This document shows positions 55,047 through 64,000 of a stretch of DNA of 64,000 nt, piece after piece (position 1 is the stretch's first letter; every line of letters starts with the position of its first letter). The notes below the pieces were generated by a model, which was given only the letters and a program-made list of their open reading frames with translations, ran no database searches and was not told where the DNA came from. The position numbers and the translations under genes were made by a program. The stretch comes from Balanoglossus misakiensis (Eukaryota; Animalia; Hemichordata). The DNA is taken from assembly GCA_040954595.2 (NCBI GenBank), contig CM082594.2, positions 456,208 to 520,207 of the forward strand. The letters are read 5' to 3'.

Positions 55047-55768
55047 TGAAATGTCCCACGTGCTTCCTGGCTAGCGTTGTGGTAACACATTATTCGGGAT
55101 GTCCGCAGATCATTCATTGATTTTCTGAGAAATTGCCTGACTGATACTATCTCCAACATAAACCGCACCGTGGAAAAATTAAATGATTTTTAGATGGACT
55201 TTGAAAATCTGATTAACTCATCTAAGCATTTTTGCTAACAGTTGTATATTTTTTTAATCACCCTCCTACTTCTCATCATCAATATTATTATTGTTGTTTT
55301 ACTATTTTAAAGTAAATTTGTTTTGACGAAGATGTTGTCCGTTTATACATTCGTATATTGTTTTCATAAAAATTGAACTATGACGGTGCAGCTTCGTGAA
55401 AGAAGTAATGTTATTCTAAACATTTCCATTGTAAGATATTTTTGGTTTGCTCGAATGAATAGCACACACTTCGTATTCAGCCAGGTGTTACACGAAGTGA
55501 TGCGCTGAAAGGCATTACGTAACAAAACACTAGCCCATTTCAACAAACCGCCACTGGAAATAAAATACGAAATTTCTCCTGGCAATTTTTATTTCGAGTA
55601 TCTAGTTCACAGTATCACATAAAATGCCATGAATAGTGAAGGAAAAGGTGAAATCCAATCATTATACGAGTGCCTTTCTTTATACACTGGGATCGAGCTT
55701 CGACAACGCGCAGGCAGCATGGCAGACAGAATACGACAACAGTATTCAGAAAGTACAAAAAACTTTGC

Positions 55769-56004
55769 ATAACGAGGCAGTGAAAACTGGAGACCTACAC
55801 ATTAACCAATCAGGGAGCTGAAAATTGAATAAATACATATTAATAAGACCTAACCTACAAGTTCTAGTGAATAATACATAATAATAAGACCTAACACATA
55901 AGGTCCCTCCAATCAGCGTGCCGCAAGTGGACCTAAGATTACCAGATGGACCAATCACAGATGTAGGTACATATGTCATGGACCTGACTTATGAAACAGG
56001 ACTA
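55769..56004 (-). repeat. Right long imperfect inverted repeat of the transposon
   Basis: Contains the exact reverse complement of the 35-bp core at 55900-55934, plus inverted copies of the GTAGGTTAGGTCTTATTA and CAGCTCCCTGATTGGTTAA motifs. Confidence 0.9.
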
Positions 56005-59000
56005 ATATGACAGACACTAGCGCACGTTAGCAACGGTGATCAAGTCAGATTTTCTACGGCATGGCTGGGATAAAGCCCCGGCACTCTAGAGCAGAAACAC
56101 GCGTACAGAGACCACGTTGATCAAGTCTGATCTCCTACGGCTTGGCTCGACTAAAACCCCGGCACACTATGACAGACACTAGCGTTCGTTAGCAACGTTG
56201 ATCAAGTCAGATTTCCTACGGCATGGCTTGGCTAAAGCCCTGGCACTCTAGAGCAGAAACACGCGTACAGAGACCACGTTGATCTACTCCCATTTCCTTC
56301 GGCCTGGCACAGCTGATGCCCCGGCACTATATATAGGACACAGACTGGCGTAAGTTAACAACGGTAATCACATCGGGTTTCCTACGGCCTGGCTCAGCTG
56401 AAGCCCCGGCACTCTAGAGCAGAAACAGGCGTACATTGACCACGTTGATCAAGTCAGATGTCCTACGGCGTGACTCCGCTGGTGCACCGGCTCTATATGA
56501 CACAGACTGGCGTAAGTTATCAACGGTGATTACGTCGGATTTCCTACGGCCTGGTTTAGCTCAAGCCCCGGCACTTTAGAGCGGAAACACGCGTACATTG
56601 ACCACGATGATCAAGTCAGATCTCCTACGGCTTGGCTCGACTAAAACCCCGGCACACTATGACAGACATTAGCGTTCGTTAGCAACGTTGATCAAGTCAG
56701 ATTTCCTACGGCATGGCTTGGCTAAAGCCCTGGCATTCTAGAGCAGAAACACGCGTACAGAGACCACATTGATCTACTCACATTTCCTTAGGCCTGGCAC
56801 GGCTGATGCCCCGCACTATATATAGGACACAGACTGGCGTAAGTTAACAACGGTAATCACGTCGGGTTTCCTACGGCCTGGATCAGCTGAAGCCCCGGCA
56901 CTCTAGAGCAGAAACAGGCGTACATTGACCACGTTGATCAAGTCAGATTTCCTACGGCCTGGTTCGACTAAAACCCCGGCACACCATGACAGACACTAGC
57001 GTTCGTTAGCAACGGTGATCAAGTCGGATTTCCTTCGGCCTGGCTCGGCAAAAGACCCGACCCTCTAGTACAAAGACGTTGGCTAAGTCGGGCAAACCGA
57101 AGAGGGAAAGTCACAGCGGGTCAACACTCGACATTTGTTCGGGTAGGACTGCATTATTGCCTGTTAATTTATAGAGAAAGCCCGAATTTAACCAGGGCGC
57201 TTCAAACACCGACGTTAGTTGGGGGCACGGCCTGCAGTACTGCCGGGTAAGGTGACATCGGCGTACCGCATATAATGTAGGGGGGGGGGGGAGAAACAGA
57301 ACGGTTCAATACTACATTTATCAGATATCAGCTAATTTTGGACAATCATCTAAAATCTAAATCATCTTTTCATATTTGGATATCTGATGATGTATGAAAT
57401 TTCCATTATATGTAAAAATGGTGCTGATTATAAAAATGCACTCTGAATGAGCTGATTTAATACAAAATTGCGTTTTATTCGTTTTTGCACCAAAAAGGTC
57501 ATTTTTAGGCAAAACATTCTTAATTTTTTTAAGTCGGTGACCTGATCATATATAAACAATTGCTTGTATGTTAAAAGTTTTTATGACTTTTAAAAGCAGT
57601 GACACTGGCGGCATTCAACACGAAAATAACAATTTTAGCCACAATTTGGTCAAAATGGTAAATTTTTGAAAATTACAAAAAATACCTGTTTTCTACATTT
57701 TTGGAAATCTGATGGAGTATAGAATGCTCTTCGTATGTATATATCGATACAAATTCCACAAAAGACCGTCTAATTTGGCTCACTGCAGACAAAATTGCGT
57801 TTTACCAAATTTTCCTTGAAAATGTCATTTTTAGAAAAAAAAATAAAAAAACCTTTGTTCTTCAAATGTGGTGCCCTGATCATATATGACATGTTGATTG
57901 TATGTTAAAACTTTCGACCACTCCAAAAATGCAGAGATATTGACGGAATTCAAGAAAAAATAGCCATTTTGGCCATATTTTGACAAAAATGGTAAATTTT
58001 TAAAAAATCATAAAAAATTAACTATTTTCTTCATTTTCGGAAATATTATGGAGCATGAAGTGTCGTTCTCTTGTAAAAAGTGCTGCAAATTCCAGAAAAT
58101 GTGGTATAATTTGAATCACCCAAGACAAAATTACCATTTTCGACTTTTTTTCGAAAAATTGTCTTGTTTTACAAAATAAATAAGAATAAATTCTTTTCTT
58201 AGTTTCAAACGGGTAGAGATACTTTACACACGGGTTTTCTAACATTGAATTCCCGTTCATCAACTCAGATTTCCTACAGCACAAGTCGGCAAAAACCCTG
58301 ACACTCTAGAGCAGAAACAGTTGCACACTGGTAACGTTGAACAAGTCGTTTTTTCTACGGCCTGGCTCGGCTAAATCTCCGTCACAATATGACAGACACT
58401 AGCGTTCGTTAGCAACGGTGATCAAGTCAGATTTTCTACGGCATAGCTCGGATAAAGCCCCGGCACTCTAGAGCAGAAACACGCGTACAGAGACCACGTT
58501 GATCAAGTCTGATCTCCTACGGCTTGGCTCGACTAAAACCCCGGCACACTATGACAGACACTATCGTACGTTAGCAACGGTGATCAAGTCAGATTTTCTA
58601 CGGCATGGCTTGGATAAAGCCCCGGCACTCTAGAGCAGAAACACGCGTACAGAGACCACGTTGATCTACTCACATTTCCTTCGGCCTGGCACGGCTGATG
58701 CCCCGGCACTATATATAGGACACAGACTGGCGTAAGTTAACAACGGTAATCACGTCGGGTTTCCTACGGCCTGGCTCAGCTGAAGCCCCGGCACTCTAGA
58801 GCAGAAACAGGCGTACATTGACCACGTTGATCAAGTCAGATTTCCAACGGCGTGATTCGGCTGGTGCACCGGCTCTATATGACACAGACTGGCGTAAGTT
58901 ATCAACGGTGATTACGTCGGATTTCCTACGGCATGGTTTAGCTGAAGCCACGGCACTTTAGAGCGGAAACACGCGTACATTGACCACGATGATCAAGTCA

Positions 59001-62000
59001 GATCTCCTACGGCCTGGCTCTTCTAAAACCCCGGCACACCATGACAGACACTAGCGTTCGTTAGCAACGGTGATCAAGTCGGATTTCCTTCGGCCTGGCT
59101 CTGCAAAAGACCCGACACATTAGTACAAAGACGTTGGCTAAGTCGGGCAAACCGAAGAGGGAAAGTCACAGCGGGTCAACACTCGACATTTGTTCGGGTA
59201 GGACTGCATTATTGCCTGTCAATTTATAGAGAAAGCCCGAATTTAACCAGGGCGTTTCAAACACCGACGTTATTTGGGGGCACGGCCTGCAGTACTGCCG
59301 GGTAAGCTGACATCGGCGTACCGCATATAATGTAGGGGGGGGGGACAGAACGGTTCAATACTACATTTATTAGATATCAGCTAATTTTGGACAATCATCT
59401 AAAATCTAAATCATTTTTTCATATTTGGATATCTGATGATGTATGAAATTTCCAATATATGTAAAAATGGTGCTGATTATAAAAAATGCACTCTGAATGA
59501 GCTGATTTAATACAAAATTCCGTTTTATTCGTTTTTGCACCAAAAAGGTCATTTTTAGGCAAAACATTCTTTATTTTTTTAATTCGGTGGCCTGATCATA
59601 TATAAGCAATTGCTTGCATGTTAAAAGTTTTTATGACTTTTAAAAGCAGTGACACTGGCGGCATTCAACACGAAAATAACAATTTTAACCACAATTTGGT
59701 CAAAATGGTAAATTTTTGAAAATTACAAAAAATACCTGTTTTCTACATTTTCGGAAATCTGATGGAGTATAGAATGCTCTTCGTATATATATATCGATAC
59801 AAATTCCACAAAAGACCGTCTAATTTGGCTCACTGCAGACAAAATTGCGTTTTACCAAATTTTCCTTGAAAATGTCATTTTTAGAAAAATAAAATAAAAA
59901 AACCTTCGTTCTTCGAATTTGGTGCCCTGATCATATATGACATGTTGATTGTATGTTAAAACTTTCGACCACTCCAAAAATGCAGAGATATTGACGGAAT
60001 TCAAGAAAAAATAGCCATTTTGGCCATATTTTGACAAAATGGTACATTTTTGAAAAATCATAAAAAAATAACTCTTTTCTTCATTTTCAGAAATATTATG
60101 GAGCATGAAGTGTCGTTCTCTTGTAAAAAGTGCTGCAAATTCCAGAAAAGGCGGTATAATTTGAATCACCCATGACAAAATTGCAATTTTTCGACTTTTT
60201 TTCGAAAAATTGTCTTTTTTACAAAATAAATAAGAATAAATTCTTTTCTTAGTTTCAAACGGGTAGAGATACTTTCCACACGGGTTTTCTAACATTGAAT
60301 TCCCGTTCATCAACTCAGATTTCCTACAGCATAAGTCGGCTAAAACCCTGACACTCTAGAGCAGAAACAGTTGCACACTGGTAACGTTGAACAAGTCGAT
60401 TTTTCTACGGCCTGGCTCGGCTAAATCTCCGTCACAATATGACAGACACTAGCGTACGTTAGCAACGGTGATCAAGTCAGATTTTCTACGGCATAGCTCG
60501 GATAAAACCCCGGCACTCTAGAGCAGAAACACGCGTACAGAGACCACGTTGATCAAGTCTGATCTCCTACGGCTTGGCTCGACTAAAACCCCGGCACACT
60601 ATGACAGACACTAGCGTTCGTTAGCAACGTTGATCAAGTCAGATTTCCTACGGCATGGCTTGGCTAAAGCCCTGGCACTCTAGAGCAGAAACACGCGTAC
60701 AGAGACCACGTTGATCTACTCACATTTCCTTCGGCCTGGCACGGCTGATGCCCCGGCACTATATATAGGACACAAACTGGCGTAAGTTAACAACGGTAAT
60801 CACGTCGGGTTTCCTACGGCCTGGCTCAGCTGAAGCCCCGGCACTCTAGAGCAGAAACAGGCGTACATTGACCACGTTGATCAAGTCAGATTTCCTACGG
60901 CGTGACTCGGCTGGTGCACCGGCTCTATATGACACAGACTGGCGTAAGTTATCAACGGTGATTACGTCGGATTTCCTACGGCCTGGTTTAGCTGAAGCCC
61001 CGGCACTTTAGAGCGGAAACACGCGTACATTGACCACGATGATCAAGTCAGATCTCGTACGGCCTGGCTCGACTAAAACCCCGGCACACCATGACAGACA
61101 CTAGCGTTCGTTAGCAACGGTGATCAAGTCGGATTTCCTTCGGCCTGGCTCTGCAAAAGACCCGACACATTAGTACAAAGACGTTGGCTAAGTCGGGCAA
61201 ACCGAAGAGGGAAAGTCACAGCGGGTCAACACTCGACATTTGTTCGGGTAGGACTGCATTATTGCCTGTCAATTTATAGAGAAAGCCCGAATTTAACCAG
61301 GGCGTTTCAAACACCGACGTTATTTGGGGGCACGGCCTGCAGTACTGCCGGGTAAGCTGACATCGGCGTACCGCATATAATGTAGGGGGGGGGACAGAAC
61401 GGTTCAATACTACATTTATTAGATATCAGCTAATTTTGGACAATCATCTAAAATCTAAATCATTTTTTCATATTTGGATATCTGATGATGTATGAAATTT
61501 CCAATATATGTAAAAATGGTGCTGATTATAAAAAATGCACTCTGAATGAGCTGATTTAATACAAAATTCCGTTTTATTCGTTTTTGCACCAAAAAGGTCA
61601 TTTTTAGGCAAAACATTCTTTATTTTTTTAATTCGGTGGCCTGATCATATATAAGCAATTGCTTACATGTTAAAAGTTTTTATGACTTTTAAAAGCAGTG
61701 ACACTGGCGGCATTCAACACGAAAATAACAATTTTAACCACAATTTGGTCAAAATGGTAAATTTTTGAAAATTACAAAAAATACCTGTTTTCTACATTTT
61801 CGGAAATCTGATGGAGTATAGAATGCTCTTCGTATATATATATCGATACAAATTCCACAAAAGACCGTCTAATTTGGCTCACTGCAGACAAAATTGCGTT
61901 TTACCAAATTTTCCTTGAAAATGTCATTTTTAGAAAAATAAAATAAAAAAACCTTCGTTCTTCGAATTTGGTGCCCTGATCATATATGACATGTTGATTG

Positions 62001-64000
62001 TATGTTAAAACTTTCGACCACTCCAAAAATGCAGAGATATTGACGGAATTCAAGAAAAAATAGCCATTTTGGCCATATTTTGACAAAATGGTACATTTTT
62101 GAAAAATCATAAAAAATTAACTCTTTTCTTCATTTTCGGAAATATTATGGAGCATGAAGTGTCGTTCTCTTGTAAAAAGTGCTGCAAATTCCAGAAAAGG
62201 CGGTATAATTTGAATCACCCAAGACAAAATTGCAATTTTTCGACTTTTTTTCGAAAAATTGTCTTTTTTACAAAATAAATAAGAATAAATTCTTTTCTTA
62301 GTTTCAAACGGGTAGAGATACTTTCCACACGGGTTTTCTAACATTGAATTCCCGTTCATCAACTCAGATTTCCTACAGCATAAGTCGGCTAAAACCCTGA
62401 CACTCTAGAGCAGAAACAGTTGCACACTGGTAACGTTGAACAAGTCGATTTTTCTACGGCCTGGCTCGGCTAAATCTCCGTCACAATATGACAGACACTA
62501 GCGTACGTTAGCAACGGTGATCAAGTCAGATTTTCTACGGCATGGGTTGGATAAAGCCCCGGCACTCTAGAGCAGAAACACGCGTACAGAGACCACGTTG
62601 ATCAAGTCTGATCTCCTACGGCTTGGCTCGACTAAAACCCCGGCACACTATGACAGACACTAGCGTTCGTTAGCAACGTTGATCAAGTCAGATTTCCTAC
62701 GGCATGGCTTGGCTAAAGCCCTGGCACTCTAGAGCAGAAACACGCGTACAGAGACCACGTTGATCTACTCACATTTCCTTCGGCCTGGCACGGCTGATGC
62801 CCCGGCACTATATATAGGACACAAACTGGCGTAAGTTAACAACGGTAATCACGTCGGGTTTCCTACGGCCTGGCTCAGCTGAAGCCCCGGCACTCTAGAG
62901 CAGAAACAGGCGTACATTGACCACGTTGATCAAGTCAGATTTCCTACGGCGTGACTCGGCTGGTGCACCGGCTCTATATGACACAGACTGGCGTAAGTTA
63001 TCAACGGTGATTACGTCGGATTTCCTACGGCCTGGTTTAGCTGAAGCCCCGGCACTTTAGAGCGGAAACACGCGTACATTGACCACGATGATCAAGTCAG
63101 ATCTCCTACGGCCTGGCTCTTCTAAAACCCCGGCACACCATGACAGACACTAGCGTTCGTTAGCAACGGTGATCAAGTCGGATTTCCTTCGGCCTGGCTC
63201 TGCAAAAGACCCGACACATTAGTACAAAGACGTTGGCTAAGTCGGGCAAACCGAAGAGGGAAAGTCACAGCGGGTCAACACTCGACATTTGTTCGGGTAG
63301 GACTGCATTATTGCCTGTCAATTTATAGAGAAAGCCCGAATTTAACCAGGGCGTTTCAAACACCGACGTTATTTGGGGGCACGGCCTGCAGTACTGCCGG
63401 GTAAGCTGACATCGGCGTACCGCATATAATGTAGGGGGGGGGGGACAGAACGGTTCAATACTACATTTATTAGATATCAGCTAATTTTGGACAATCATCT
63501 AAAATCTAAATCATTTTTTCATATTTGGATATCTGATGATGTATGAAATTTCCAATATATGTAAAAATGGTGCTGATTATAAAAAATGCACTCTGAATGA
63601 GCTGATTTAATACAAAATTCCGTTTTATTCGTTTTTGCACCAAAAAGGTCATTTTTAGGCAAAACATTCTTTATTTTTTTAATTCGGTGGCCTGATCATA
63701 TATAAGCAATTGCTTGCATGTTAAAAGTTTTTATGACTTTTAAAAGCAGTGACACTGGCGGCATTCAACACGAAAATAACAATTTTAACCACAATTTGGT
63801 CAAAATGGTAAATTTTTGAAAATTACAAAAAATACCTGTTTTCTACATTTTCGGAAATCTGATGGAGTATAGAATGCTCTTCGTATATATATATCGATAC
63901 AAATTCCACAAAAGACCGTCTAATTTGGCTCACTGCAGACAAAATTGCGTTTTACCAAATTTTCCTTGAAAATGTCATTTTTAGAAAAATAAAATAAAAA

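Larger units (their letters stand above)
54689..56004. mobile_element. Non-autonomous DNA transposon (MITE-like, ~1.3 kb) with TAG...CTA termini; superfamily uncertain (Academ-like termini)
   Basis: Perfect 13-bp TIR: TAGTCCTGTTTCA (54689-54701) and TGAAACAGGACTA (55992-56004). It interrupts the conserved satellite sequence CGTCACA|ATATGAC and has no transposase-length ORF. Confidence 0.92.
39874..64000 (-). repeat. Same macrosatellite, inverted arm (10 spacer-bearing copies plus two truncated units, interrupted by one transposon; continues beyond the window end)
   Basis: Reverse complement of the unit: poly-G followed by ACAGAACGGTTCAATAC near 41.2, 45.4, 47.4, 49.5, 51.5, 53.6, 57.3, 59.3, 61.4 and 63.4 kb. 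The same spurious ORFs appear on the - strand. Confidence 0.98.

Noticed and set aside
54893-55979. ORFs inside the transposon as transposase remnants
   Set aside because: They are under 80 aa, partly made of the inverted repeats, and show no DDE or other recognisable motif.
543-62362. Recurrent short ORFs (MSKYGQN..., MESISS..., MMNGNS..., MNRSVPPP...)
   Set aside because: They are 60-153 aa, mostly start at non-ATG codons, are F/K/I-biased from A/T tracts, and are frameshifted from copy to copy by homopolymer changes. I recognise no domain.

Overview
The window is eukaryotic-type, non-coding satellite DNA with no credible gene. Almost all 64 kb is one composite macrosatellite with a ~2.05 kb unit (29 spacer-bearing copies counted). 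Each unit has three modules: (i) a ~240 bp non-repetitive spacer with a variable poly-C tract, (ii) a GC/CpG-rich block of ~10 alternating 81-bp monomers forming ~162-bp dimers, and (iii) a ~930 bp AT-rich block of ~5.5 diverged ~167-bp monomers forming ~334-bp dimers. The array runs on + to 39815, then flips to - through a complex junction with templated fragments (39816-39873). The inverted arm contains two 1056-bp truncated units (41460-43571) and one 1.3 kb non-autonomous TIR element (54689-56004). Other notable points: a CENP-B-box-like 17-mer once per unit, unit lengths that change in dimer-sized steps, and variant haplotypes shared across the inversion. A centromeric or pericentromeric role is plausible but is inference only. 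All listed ORFs look like chance readings of the repeat.
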